A stretch of DNA of 64,000 nucleotides from an uncultured Thermoplasmata archaeon (GCA_964644565.1 CAZXWO010000002.1:35244-99243), one strand, 5' to 3'; counted from the stretch's first letter, positions 28,993 to 38,503 are shown. The notes: generated by a model not told the origin, from the sequence alone. A program made the numbers and translations.

Positions 28993-30443
28993 CCCTTCAT
29001 GACCCCTACGGGCCTCAGCTTCGCGACCAGCTTCGATATTCCGGCGCCGTGGGCGACCCCGACTACCTCGTCGACGTCCTTGTACGCCCCGGGCGCCTCC
29101 TCGACTATGCCGTCCCTGGAGGCTGCGCGTATGTACACGCCCCGCTGGCGGAGCGTCTCGACGACGTCGTTGGCCGAGAACCGCCTCGTGGCTGCGCTCC
29201 TCGACATGAGCCTGCCGGCCCCGTGGCACGTCGAGCCCCAGGTCTCGGCCATCGCCTGTGGGGTGCCCACGAGGACGTAGCTGGAGCTGCCCATGTCCCC
29301 AGGTATGAGGACGGGCTGCCCGACCCCCCTGTACTTCGCGGGGACCTCGTCCCTGCTGCTGTCGAAGGCCCGCGTCGCGCCCTTCCTGTGGACGTAGACC
29401 TTCGTCCTCCTCCCCTCGAACTGGTGCTCCTCGAGCTTGCATATGTTGTGCGCCACGTCGTAGACGCTAGACATGCCCATCTCCTCGGCCTTGCGCCCGA
29501 GGGCCTGCTCGAACGACTCCCTCAGCCAGTGGAGGATGAGCTGCCTGTTGGCCCACGCGTAGTTCGCGGCGGCGCTCATGGCCGCGAAGCAGTCCTGCCC
29601 CTCCTGGGAGTTGACCGGGGCGCAGGCCAGCTGCCTGTCCGGGACGCTGATCCCGTACTTCCTGATCGCCGCCTCCATGACGCGGATGTAGTCGCTGGCG
29701 ATCTGGTGGCCGCAGCCCCTCGACCCTGAGTGGATGCTCACCATCACCTGGTCCACCGCGTTTATGCCGAAGGCCTTCGCCGCCTCCTCGTCGAAGATGC
29801 GCTCGACCCTCTGGATCTCGAGGAAGTGGTTCCCGCCGCCGAGGGTCCCCAGCTGGGGGGCGCCCCTCTGCTTCGCCTTCTGGTCCACCTTGGAGGAGTC
29901 CGCCCCGGCCATGCGCCCTCCCTCCTCGCAGGCGACGAGGTCGTCCTCCCAGCCGTAGCCCTTCGAGACGGCCCAGCGGGCCCCCTGGTCCAGGACGTCC
30001 TCGACCTCCTTGGCCGTGAGCCTTAGCTTGCCCTTCTCGCCGACGCCGGAGGGGACGTTCTCGAACACCGCGTCTATGAGCTTCTTGATGTTCGGCCCGA
30101 CATCCTTCATGGAGAGGTCGGTCCTGACGAGCTTGACGCCGCAGTTGACGTCGTAGCCGATGCCGCCGGGGGAGATGATGCCCTTCTCGCAGTCGAAGGC
30201 CGCCACGCCCCCGATTGGGAACCCGTAGCCCCAGTGGATGTCGGGCATCGCGAGAGAGTGGCCGACGATACCTGGCAGGCACGCGACGTTGGCGGCCTGC
30301 TCGGGGGCGTTGTCCGCCTTGACGGAGCGTATGAGGCGGTCGTCTGCGAATATGACCGCGGAGGTGGTCATGCACGGCTTGTAGCTGCTGGGTATCTCGA
30401 ACCTGAAGTCGTCCTTCTTGACCATCGTTCCCGTCCAGGCCAT
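28989..30443 (-). CDS. rtcB: RNA-splicing ligase RtcB (tRNA ligase)
   Basis: Conserved RtcB blocks (DIHWGYGFPIGG, GNHF.E, HNICK, H..GAGR), about 485 aa, no intein. Its 3' end overlaps the HD gene stop by 4 nt (convergent). Confidence 0.9.
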   Translation of the reverse strand: MAWTGTMVKKDDFRFEIPSSYKPCMTTSAVIFADDRLIRSVKADNAPEQAANVACLPGIVGHSLAMPDIHWGYGFPIGGVAAFDCEKGIISPGGIGYDVNCGVKLVRTDLSMKDVGPNIKKLIDAVFENVPSGVGEKGKLRLTAKEVEDVLDQGARWAVSKGYGWEDDLVACEEGGRMAGADSSKVDQKAKQRGAPQLGTLGGGNHFLEIQRVERIFDEEAAKAFGINAVDQVMVSIHSGSRGCGHQIASDYIRVMEAAIRKYGISVPDRQLACAPVNSQEGQDCFAAMSAAANYAWANRQLILHWLRESFEQALGRKAEEMGMSSVYDVAHNICKLEEHQFEGRRTKVYVHRKGATRAFDSSRDEVPAKYRGVGQPVLIPGDMGSSSYVLVGTPQAMAETWGSTCHGAGRLMSRSAATRRFSANDVVETLRQRGVYIRAASRDGIVEEAPGAYKDVDEVVGVAHGAGISKLVAKLRPVGVMKG

Positions 30444-30717
30444 GTCCCGCACCTCCACTTTCGACGATAACGGTTGTATATTAAGGTTGTGGGTCGGCGG
30501 CGGACCGTTTCCCGCGTATGCGAGCTTATATAATAAGCTCGTCCGCGCCATGGTAGGCCTTCGGGGAGAGTCAGTGACCTCTATCAGTCAAATTCTATTT
30601 ATATCCAGAAGGACTCTAACTATGTCAACACTGGTGCTTGGCCACCTGCGGTGCAAGGAACCCCACTTCATGCCGTATCACACGCTGAGTACTGCCGTCC
30701 CCTGAGGTGTTCATAGC

Positions 30718-33700
30718 TTGCAGAACGAACAAACGATCCACTGCCCGCTGTGCGGGAAGAAGGTCCCCGCCGATGTAGACACATGCCCGTTCTGTTCCAC
30801 CCCGATTGACAAGGTGGTCATGAAGCGCGAGCTGGACAAGGTCATCGAGCGCAGGGTGATGCGCAGGGTCCGCTCCTCGAAGGAGGAGGAGGCCCCGCCC
30901 GTGCCGGTCCCCACCGCTCCGATCCCGGAGGTGAAGGTGACCTGCCCGGGATGCGGCATGGAGCTCAAGGGCGGCGAGGCGAAGTGCACCAGGTGCGGGA
31001 TTCCGCTGGCCGCCGAGGAGGAGCTCGACGATTGCCCCGACTGCGGCACGCCTTTCGCACCCGGGGCGAAGGTCTGCCCCAAGTGCGGGGTCGCGCTGGG
31101 CGTGGAGGCGGACGTCGGGACGCTGGGTCCGTCGGAGGAGCACCCTCCGGAGAAGGCCGTCGAGGTCCCTGAGCGAGCGCAGACTGAGGTCGTCACGTCC
31201 GTCCAGGTCGAGCCGGGCCCGATGGGCCGCGGGCTCACCAACGGCAGGGGGGCCATAAACGGCACGGGCCTTGTGAACGGCACAGGGATGGTCAACGGCA
31301 CCAGGGGAGACGCCCACGGCGGCCCGTCGAGGCGGAGGGCCAGGGGGATCGCCCGTTGGCAGTTCCTGGCGGTGCTCGTGGCGCTCGTGATAATCATACC
31401 GACCTTCATCTACATGTCATACTCCAAGGATGACGACATCTACTCTGTCGACGGCGAGTTCGGCGAGTGGGACGACTCCACCCCGTACAGCATGTCGATA
31501 CTCACCACGACGCCCATAACCGTCGTCGAGGAGTGGTCCGTGGCCGTGGATGGCACGCGTGCGTTCCTGTACATAGACGCGACGGGTGACATCTTCGGGA
31601 CCACATCTGTCGAGAGCTTCTTCCTGTTCATCGACTCGGACGGCGACGAGACGACCGGGTACGCGGTCGGCTCGCTCGGCGCGGACTTCATGGTCGAGCT
31701 CGACGGCTGGAACGGCTCCGTCCAGTCCTCTGACGTCAGCGTCTACGACCCTGCGTCTGCGACGGACAGGTACGACTGGAACTCGTGGGAGTCCCTCGGG
31801 GGCGCCGCGAGCCGGCTCGTCGATGACAGGATGGAGGCGATGGGGAACCTCCAGGAGGCCCCGTCCGCGGACGCGAGGTTCCTCCTGCTCTCCCAGGACC
31901 AGCAGGCCAGACGTTCCGTGAGCGCCGGGGTTCCGTACGGGGGCAGCGTGCTGACGGTCACGCAGAGGCTCTCCTCGACCGTCCCGCTCTCGGGCGTCGT
32001 CCCAGTATCCGGCTCCGAGGCCATACTCACGCTCGAGTTCACATGCGACGGCGCCGAGGGCACCGTCGACTCCGTGGACGTGCAGCTGGAGAGCCTCCCA
32101 CCGGTGGTGAGCGCCTTCGAGGCCTTCACGATCCAGCCGGGCGAGGTCGTCACGGTCGACTTCGAGGTCGACACCTCCTCCCTATCGCCAGCACAGTTCG
32201 TCGCGGCCTCGGTCTCCGCGGCCGACATCTCGTCGAGCTTCACCAGGACCGAGGTCTTCGGACACCCCGCCAGGGCATATGTGGGCTCGGCACCGTCCTC
32301 GGTCATCATCGACGGGGCCTTCGGCGACTGGACCGGCAGGACGGCCTCGGACGTGGACCTGGTCGAGGTCCTGAACCCCAACATCGACATCCGCAGCGTG
32401 GGCGTGTTCAACACCAGCCTCTCCTCCTCGTTCTACATCAGCGTCGCGGGCGAGGTGTGCAGCGGCTCGTACGTGCCCGTCATGAAGGGCAAGCCCGTCC
32501 CGAGCAGCGGCGGGGGGACGGTCGTCCCGATAACCAGGAAGACCGCCGAGGACATCACGCGCGTATTCATAGACAGCGACATGTCGGCCGCCACCGGCTA
32601 CGCCCTATCGGTCGACTCCAAGGTCATAGGCGCGGACTACAGGATCGAGGTCCGCGGGCTCAACGGCGAGGTCGTGTCGTCGGTGCTGCACGAGTACACC
32701 GGGACGACCTGGTCCCTGGTGTCCGCCGACGTCCCCGCGGAGGTCGACTTCCAGAAGATGGAGGTCGGCGTCCTCGCGAACAACATTGGCGGCGCGGTGG
32801 ACATCGACTTCGTGATCGAGACGACCGACTGGAGGCAGTACAAGGACTACGTCGCGCTGGACGAGGCCACGATGCTGGCCCTGACGGGCGGGATATCCTC
32901 TTCGGTGGGCACGCTCGCATGGGCCGTGGACTCCGCGACCTCTGATGAGGCGACGTCGTCGTCGTTCCAGAGGAAGCTGTTCTACGACGGCACGAACTTC
33001 TGGAGCCTATACTACGACGGGTCACACACGATGTACAGGTACAGCTCCAACGGCGGCGTCAACTGGACCGACGGGGGACAGGTCTTCACCACCACCGGCG
33101 TCAAGCACGCGTCCCTGTGGTACGACTCCTCCGGCAGCGCGGTGTACGTGGTCGGGGACACGGGAGTGGCGTCGGTCAATGTGTTCGTTCGCAAGGGGTC
33201 GGTGACCCCGTCTTCCCACACGATCACGTGGGGGAACGAGAAGCTCCTCCCGATGTCCTCGAACCCCATGGCCGGGAAGTTCCCGTTCGCGTCCCTGGAT
33301 GCCGATGGATATGTCTGGGTGGTGTCGATCTCGAAGGTCCATGCCACCCAGGAACAGTACCGCTTCAGGTCGTTCGTGTCGGACGGCGTCGGTGACGTCG
33401 AGGGCACCTGGACGGACAAGGGCAACATAGTCAACCAGAACAAGGACTCCAGCCTCAGGGGCTGCCTCGTTCCCGGCCTGTCAGGGTCGGGCGTCGTGGT
33501 GTGGTCGGTGTTCACCTACCAGGGGATTGTTGGCTCCAGTGGGTACACGGGGACCGCCTGGTCCACCCCCGTCACGATCTACGCGGGGGGCGCGAGTGCG
33601 GACAACTCCCTGTACGCCCCCCCGTCGGCGGTCGTGGACAGCAGAGGGGTCGTGCACGTGGTCTACGGCACGGGGGACATGGCGGGGTCTGCCTGGGCCG

Positions 33701-34131
33701 CCAACATCCAGTATGTGTACAACACCTCCGCGGACACCTGGTCGACGCCCATCACGCTCAACGGCGTCGGGGGCGGCGCCCTGAAGTACCCGACGATATC
33801 CATGGACTCGACCACGGACAACGTGTTCGCCATGTGGGTCGACGACGGCATGAGCGCGGACAGCATCGTGGTCAAGAAGAACGCCTCGGGGACATGGTCC
33901 TTCCTCACCGTGGCCCAGACCTCGTACACGAAGACTTACCTGACGTCTATACTCTCGGCGCCCGGGGAGGCCTATGTCTGTTTCCAGTGGACCCAGAACA
34001 CCACCTCGCCGTACGAGGTGATGTTCGACAAGATCCCCGAGTTCACGGACGTGGTCGTGCCGGTCCTGTTCGTGCTGACGATGTTCATAGCCATCTACCG
34101 CAGGCGCTCCAGGCAGGAAGAGCCCGAGTGA
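30718..34131 (+). CDS. Large bitopic membrane protein: N-terminal cytoplasmic triple zinc-ribbon region, TM, about 860-aa extracellular domain with BNR/Asp-box-like repeats, C-terminal TM anchor
   Basis: CPLCGKK..CPFCST, CPGCG..CTRCG, CPDCG..CPKCG ribbons; TM WQFLAVLVALVIIIPTFIYM; repeats such as YSSNGGVNWTD, GTAWSTPVT, DTWSTPITL, SGTWSFLTV; C-terminal VVVPVLFVLTMFIAIYRRRSRQ. TTG start at 30718. Confidence 0.7.
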   Translation: MQNEQTIHCPLCGKKVPADVDTCPFCSTPIDKVVMKRELDKVIERRVMRRVRSSKEEEAPPVPVPTAPIPEVKVTCPGCGMELKGGEAKCTRCGIPLAAEEELDDCPDCGTPFAPGAKVCPKCGVALGVEADVGTLGPSEEHPPEKAVEVPERAQTEVVTSVQVEPGPMGRGLTNGRGAINGTGLVNGTGMVNGTRGDAHGGPSRRRARGIARWQFLAVLVALVIIIPTFIYMSYSKDDDIYSVDGEFGEWDDSTPYSMSILTTTPITVVEEWSVAVDGTRAFLYIDATGDIFGTTSVESFFLFIDSDGDETTGYAVGSLGADFMVELDGWNGSVQSSDVSVYDPASATDRYDWNSWESLGGAASRLVDDRMEAMGNLQEAPSADARFLLLSQDQQARRSVSAGVPYGGSVLTVTQRLSSTVPLSGVVPVSGSEAILTLEFTCDGAEGTVDSVDVQLESLPPVVSAFEAFTIQPGEVVTVDFEVDTSSLSPAQFVAASVSAADISSSFTRTEVFGHPARAYVGSAPSSVIIDGAFGDWTGRTASDVDLVEVLNPNIDIRSVGVFNTSLSSSFYISVAGEVCSGSYVPVMKGKPVPSSGGGTVVPITRKTAEDITRVFIDSDMSAATGYALSVDSKVIGADYRIEVRGLNGEVVSSVLHEYTGTTWSLVSADVPAEVDFQKMEVGVLANNIGGAVDIDFVIETTDWRQYKDYVALDEATMLALTGGISSSVGTLAWAVDSATSDEATSSSFQRKLFYDGTNFWSLYYDGSHTMYRYSSNGGVNWTDGGQVFTTTGVKHASLWYDSSGSAVYVVGDTGVASVNVFVRKGSVTPSSHTITWGNEKLLPMSSNPMAGKFPFASLDADGYVWVVSISKVHATQEQYRFRSFVSDGVGDVEGTWTDKGNIVNQNKDSSLRGCLVPGLSGSGVVVWSVFTYQGIVGSSGYTGTAWSTPVTIYAGGASADNSLYAPPSAVVDSRGVVHVVYGTGDMAGSAWAANIQYVYNTSADTWSTPITLNGVGGGALKYPTISMDSTTDNVFAMWVDDGMSADSIVVKKNASGTWSFLTVAQTSYTKTYLTSILSAPGEAYVCFQWTQNTTSPYEVMFDKIPEFTDVVVPVLFVLTMFIAIYRRRSRQEEPE

Positions 34132-34190
34132 GAGTGGTGCCCGGTATCGGACTTGAGGTTCCAGAGTTTAAATAACGGAGATGCTATTTC

Positions 34191-35024
34191 ATGTCGATGA
34201 TGGAAGCCGCGGAGAGCAGGGACATCTTCCTGAGCTGCTTCAAGTGCGGGAGGATAGTCAGGTCGAGCGATGCGGAGTGCCCCAGGTGCGGCCTGCAGTT
34301 CGGCCCCGGGACCCTGTTCGAGTGCCCGTTCTGCTCCGGGCTCATATGGCGCAACGCCACCAAGTGCGCCTCCTGCGGCATAGACCTGACGGAGTTCTCG
34401 GAGAGCGTCATGAGGACCAGCTCCGGCTTCGACATGGACAACTTCGTCGACGGCATCATCAACAACGAGCTCGACCAGCTCAAGTCCACGATCCGCAGGG
34501 TCGCGTGCCCGGGCTGCGGCCTCATGATCAGGGGCGACGAGGACAAGTGCCCCAGGTGCGACCTCCCCCTCGAGGAGGCGAAGGTCGACTGCCCCGTGTG
34601 CGGGGAGAGGATATCCATATCCGCGAAGTCGTGCGGCAGCTGCCAGGCCGTGTTCGAGGAGCTGCCCGAGGCCGAGGAGTCCCTGGCGGCCGAGGAGCCG
34701 CAGGCGGTCGTGCATGCGGAGGCGGAGCCTGCCCCGGACGAGGGGCCGGAGGCGGAGGAGCCGCCGGCGGGGGCGCCCCCAGCACCAGTGAGGAAGGCAC
34801 CCCCGAAGCGCCCCGTGCAGAGGCCCAAGGTCGCGAAGAAGCCTGTGGCGAAGCCGGCGCCCAAGAGGGCCCCGGCCAAGAAGGCCCCGCCGAAGAAGGT
34901 GCCAGCGAAGAAGGCCGTCGCGAAGAGGCCTGCGGCGAAGGCGCCTGCCAGGCGGCCGGCCAAGGCCAAGCCGGCGAAGAAGGCGCCACCCAAGGCGTCC
35001 AAGCCCAAGAAGCGCAAGCGGTGA
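34191..35024 (+). CDS. Multi-zinc-ribbon protein with Lys/Pro/Ala-rich basic C-terminal tail
   Basis: Five CxxC...CxxCG ribbons, an acidic linker, then about 75 aa of (A/P)KK(A/P) repeats ending KPKKRKR (histone H1-like tail). Confidence 0.65.
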   Translation: MSMMEAAESRDIFLSCFKCGRIVRSSDAECPRCGLQFGPGTLFECPFCSGLIWRNATKCASCGIDLTEFSESVMRTSSGFDMDNFVDGIINNELDQLKSTIRRVACPGCGLMIRGDEDKCPRCDLPLEEAKVDCPVCGERISISAKSCGSCQAVFEELPEAEESLAAEEPQAVVHAEAEPAPDEGPEAEEPPAGAPPAPVRKAPPKRPVQRPKVAKKPVAKPAPKRAPAKKAPPKKVPAKKAVAKRPAAKAPARRPAKAKPAKKAPPKASKPKKRKR

Positions 35025-35095
35025 CCCGCGGACGGTTCTCAGCTGTGCGAGTCCGCTGCAACGCATTATATATGGGCAGGCCGATAATGTGAAGC

Positions 35096-35503
35096 ATGGC
35101 CGACCAGTCTCCCCCGGTCTTCGTCCTGGCATGCGTCTCGTGCGGCAAGACCGTGTCCGGGTCGGAGGCCAAGTGCCCCCGGTGCGGGGCCTCCTTCGAA
35201 GACATGTGTTTCGAGTGCCCGTTCTGCGGGGACATCGTCTCCGCGGGGCAGTCGCGTTGCGACAAGTGCGGCACCGAGTTCTCGATATTCGCCGAGGCCG
35301 TCGACGAGGCCTCCTCGCTGGAGCTCGACGGCCCAGTGGACAGCGCCCCCCTTGCCGAGGTCGTCGAAGCTGCAGCCCCTGCCGAGCCGGTGCAGGCGGC
35401 TGAGGCGGCGGAGACGTCGGACTACGAGTGCCCCGCCTGCGGGAAGCCCGTGGGGGAGAAGGACGAGCAGTGCCCCCACTGCGGTGCGCGTTTCTCAGAA
35501 TGA
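35096..35503 (+). CDS. Multi-zinc-ribbon protein (double zinc ribbon, DZR-like)
   Basis: CVSCG..CPRCG, CFECPFCG..CDKCG, CPACG..CPHCG ribbons separated by an acidic linker. Confidence 0.6.
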   Translation: MADQSPPVFVLACVSCGKTVSGSEAKCPRCGASFEDMCFECPFCGDIVSAGQSRCDKCGTEFSIFAEAVDEASSLELDGPVDSAPLAEVVEAAAPAEPVQAAEAAETSDYECPACGKPVGEKDEQCPHCGARFSE

Positions 35504-35510
35504 GGGTCGT

Positions 35511-35585
35511 GGGGCCGGGACCGGGAATCGAACCCGGGTCAAGGGATCCACAGTCCCCAAGGATACCACTACCCCACCCCGGCCA
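35511..35585 (-). tRNA. tRNA-His (anticodon GUG) with encoded G-1 and 3' CCA
   Basis: Reverse complement folds as G-1 + acceptor GCCGGGG/TCCCGGC (one G-U), anticodon stem GGGGA/TCCCT with loop CUGUGGA (GUG), T arm CCGGG-TTCGATT-CCCGG, discriminator C, CCA encoded. Confidence 0.8.
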
Positions 35586-35737
35586 CGGACCGGCAACATG
35601 AGGTCTCCCTAGATAAATATTGCCACATGTCCCTCGCGTCTCCCCGGCCGAGCTGGCTCGCGGGTACTTTCGCGCATCCCCCGGGCTCAGGCTATTCCCC
35701 CTTCGTGACTGTCCGCCACGTGAGGGGAGCGTATCCG

Positions 35738-35869
35738 ATGGACGGCAGCATGCGCAGGGACGAGGACGTGAGGACCACCAGGCGGTGCCCGGAGTGCGGG
35801 GGGCCGATCGCCTGCATGTCCGGCTGCGAGGCGTGCCTCTCCTGCGGGCAGTCGCGGTGCGCGGGATGA
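35738..35869 (+). CDS. Small cysteine-rich (8 Cys) putative zinc-binding protein, 43 aa
   Basis: MDGSMRRDEDVRTTRRCPECGGPIACMSGCEACLSCGQSRCAG; preceded by gagggga RBS-like sequence. Short ORF, weak evidence. Confidence 0.3.
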   Translation: MDGSMRRDEDVRTTRRCPECGGPIACMSGCEACLSCGQSRCAG

Positions 35870-35924
35870 TTCATACCCGACCCCCGCCCTGGGCAATGGA
35901 AAAGACTTAAGTCAGCGCGGGCGT

Positions 35925-36869
35925 TTGAGGAGTCCACGGGTGATTGGACTGAAGCGGGATATCATCTCGGTTCTCGACATGAAGGACGACTTCGAGCAGA
36001 TACTCAACGAGGCCCTGAAGATGAAGTCTGGCCCTAAGAAGGGCCAGAGGAAGGACCCACTCAAGGGCAAGGTCCTCGGCATGGTCTTCGAGAAGCCCAG
36101 CCTCAGGACGAGGGTCTCATTCGAGGTGGGGATGACCCAGCTCGGCGGCTCTTCGTTGTACATCAGCCCCAACGAGGTCCAGATCGGCAAGAGGGAGTCC
36201 GTCTACGACGTCGCGAACGTCCTCAGCAGGTACGTCGACGGCATCATGTACAGGGCGTTCAGCAACCAGGTCATGAAGGAGCTGGCGCAGCACGCGTCGG
36301 TGCCCGTGGTGAACGGCCTGGACGACGTGGAGCACCCGTGCCAGTGCGCCGCGGACCTCCTGACGGTCCTCGAGAAGAAGAAGACCCTGAAGGGGCTCCA
36401 GATGGTATACGTGGGCGACGGCAACAACGTGTGCAACTCGCTCCTGCTGGGCTGCGCGCTCGTGGGGATGAACATGCGCGCCGCCACACCCAAGGACCAC
36501 AGGCCCAACGCGGACATCGTCGCCAAGGCCGAGGAGGTCGCCAAGGCGACGGGCGCCAAGATAGAGGTCATGTCGAACCCGTTCCACGCTTGCGACGGCG
36601 CGGACGTCATCTACACCGACACCTGGGTGTCGATGGGCCAGGAGGCCGAGAAGGCCGACAGGGAGAGGATGTTCCTGCCCTACCAGGTCAACGACAAGCT
36701 GGCGGAGAAGGCCAACAAGGATTGGATCTTCCTCCACTGCCTGCCGGCCCACAGGGGCCTCGAGGTCTCCGCGGGCGTCATGGACGGGCCCCACAGCGTG
36801 GTCTTCGACCAGGCGGAGAACAGGATGCACGCGCAGAAGGCTATCCTGGTCGCCGTGCTCGGGAAGTGA
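35925..36869 (+). CDS. argF: Ornithine carbamoyltransferase
   Basis: SLRTRVSFE (STRTR-like carbamoyl-phosphate binding), HPCQ, HCLP motifs. Confidence 0.85.
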   Translation: MRSPRVIGLKRDIISVLDMKDDFEQILNEALKMKSGPKKGQRKDPLKGKVLGMVFEKPSLRTRVSFEVGMTQLGGSSLYISPNEVQIGKRESVYDVANVLSRYVDGIMYRAFSNQVMKELAQHASVPVVNGLDDVEHPCQCAADLLTVLEKKKTLKGLQMVYVGDGNNVCNSLLLGCALVGMNMRAATPKDHRPNADIVAKAEEVAKATGAKIEVMSNPFHACDGADVIYTDTWVSMGQEAEKADRERMFLPYQVNDKLAEKANKDWIFLHCLPAHRGLEVSAGVMDGPHSVVFDQAENRMHAQKAILVAVLGK

Positions 36870-38232
36870 GCTGCTCCTCCACCGTCCGGTCCAGCTCCTT
36901 CAGGAAGTCCTCCTTCCTGGACGCGGGTATCGTCGCCCCGGCCGCGATGTTGTGACCGCCGCCGGCGCCGCCGACCGACTCCGCGGCCCTCCTCATCGCC
37001 ATGGAGAGGTCCATCCCCCTGGACACCAGGTCCTGGGTGCCCCGCGCGGAGGCCTTCGCCTTCGGCTCGTCCGAGTATTCTGAGGAGTCGGCGAACGCGA
37101 CCATGGGCGCGCTCCGGTCGGAGCCCGCCTCGCCGAGGAGCATCCCCGCGACCGTCCCGACGATGGTCTCCTCGATGTCGCCCCCGGCGTCGAAGTACTG
37201 GATGTTCCTGAGCCTGGTGACGCCCAGGTCCTTGGCGAGCGAGATCGCCTGGCTGAGGGCGGACCTGTGGTCCCGCAGGAGTGCGAGGCCCTCCTGGAGC
37301 CCGTCCCCCCTGTCCCCCATGCATATCCGCAGCCCGACCTCCCCCTTCCCGTGCCTCCCGCATGCGTTCAGGAGGGTGGCGTACTCCTTGGCGTCCCTGA
37401 GGGGGGAGCCGCGCGCCTCGTTCCTGAGCACGTACACCTCCCCGGTGAGCCGGAGGAGGGCCTCCGGCCTGCGGGACCTCTTGGCCAGGAGGTCCCTCAG
37501 GGCCCCGATGACGGTGTCCCTCTCCTCCTGCGTCAGCATCGCCCAGGTCCTCCAGGCGTCCCCCTCCTTCAGCTCGATCCCGTGGCCGAGGAGGAAGGAC
37601 ATCGCCGCCTGCCCGTCGCTCGTGATGCCGGGCAGGAACGGGTCCGAGGAGTACTCGAGCATCTTGTGCAGAGGCCTCGTCTCCCTCCCGAAGAGCCTTA
37701 TGTCCTGCACCACCTCGAGCACCCCGACCGAGGCTGCCAGCGAGGCTATCTCCCTGTTCAGCCCCTCGAGCCTCCTCGTCCGCTGGTCCTGGAGGTCCCC
37801 GACCCCGCCCAGCACCGCGAGGTGGGAAAGGTCCGCGTTGCCCGGGTCCATCGCCGCCGCGACCAGGAAGGTCGCGCCTGCGCCGCTGAGGTCCGTCGCG
37901 CCGGACACCCCGTGCAGCTGCGGGTTGACGTGTATGACGTCTGAGAAGTCGAAGATCCTAGCCTGGCCGCTCACGCTGCCGCTGCTGGAGAGTGTGTCCG
38001 GGACGTGGTGGTCCGACACGACCGTGGGGACCGCCCCTAGCCTGGAGACCGAGCCGCTCCCGAGGTCCGTGAACCACACGAGGTCGGCCCCGGTCTTGGA
38101 GAGTGACGCGATCGCCTCGTCGTCCAGCTTCTTGAAGAACATGACCTCCGCGCTGACCCCTCCGCGCTCCAGGGCCTTCCTCGCTATCGCGCCGGCGGAT
38201 ATCCCGTCGGCGTCTATGTGGGTCGCGACCAC
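36841..38232 (-). CDS. DHH/DHHA1-family phosphoesterase (archaeal RecJ-like nuclease / NrnA-like)
   Basis: Motif I HIDADGISAG at the N-terminus, DHH motif (VVSDHHVP), DHHA1-like C-terminal region with GGGH (GGAGGGHNIAAG). Confidence 0.75.
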   Translation of the reverse strand: MVATHIDADGISAGAIARKALERGGVSAEVMFFKKLDDEAIASLSKTGADLVWFTDLGSGSVSRLGAVPTVVSDHHVPDTLSSSGSVSGQARIFDFSDVIHVNPQLHGVSGATDLSGAGATFLVAAAMDPGNADLSHLAVLGGVGDLQDQRTRRLEGLNREIASLAASVGVLEVVQDIRLFGRETRPLHKMLEYSSDPFLPGITSDGQAAMSFLLGHGIELKEGDAWRTWAMLTQEERDTVIGALRDLLAKRSRRPEALLRLTGEVYVLRNEARGSPLRDAKEYATLLNACGRHGKGEVGLRICMGDRGDGLQEGLALLRDHRSALSQAISLAKDLGVTRLRNIQYFDAGGDIEETIVGTVAGMLLGEAGSDRSAPMVAFADSSEYSDEPKAKASARGTQDLVSRGMDLSMAMRRAAESVGGAGGGHNIAAGATIPASRKEDFLKELDRTVEEQLTSRARRPG

Positions 38233-38327
38233 GACCCTCCTGGCCCGGGACAGCGCCTGCGCAGCCTCCTGGGCGGACGCCCAGAGCCCCGGGGGCAGCC
38301 GGGAGGGGAAACCCTCTGACGCGGAGG

Positions 38328-38474
38328 TCAGTGGACCACCCCGAGGTAGACCAGCACCGCCAGGACGACGAGCCCCATCCCCACGACGATGATGGAGCGC
38401 GCCGAGCGGCCCGCCAGGTATATGATGCCCGCGAAGACCAGGAGCGCGATGATCAGCCCAAGTAGTGCGTCCAT
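38328..38474 (-). CDS. Small two-TM membrane protein (48 aa)
   Basis: MDALLGLIIALLVFAGIIYLAGRSARSIIVVGMGLVVLAVLVYLGVVH, two hydrophobic helices. The upstream part of the track ORF is junk. Confidence 0.3.
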   Translation of the reverse strand: MDALLGLIIALLVFAGIIYLAGRSARSIIVVGMGLVVLAVLVYLGVVH

Positions 38475-38503
38475 CCCTGGCACCTTAACCGCCGAGTGGA
38501 TAA

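Noticed and set aside
30552-35510. Possible integrated element at the 3' end of tRNA-His
   Set aside because: No integrase/recombinase, no recognisable direct repeat of the tRNA 3' half, and GC content similar to the flanks. Treated as chromosomal.
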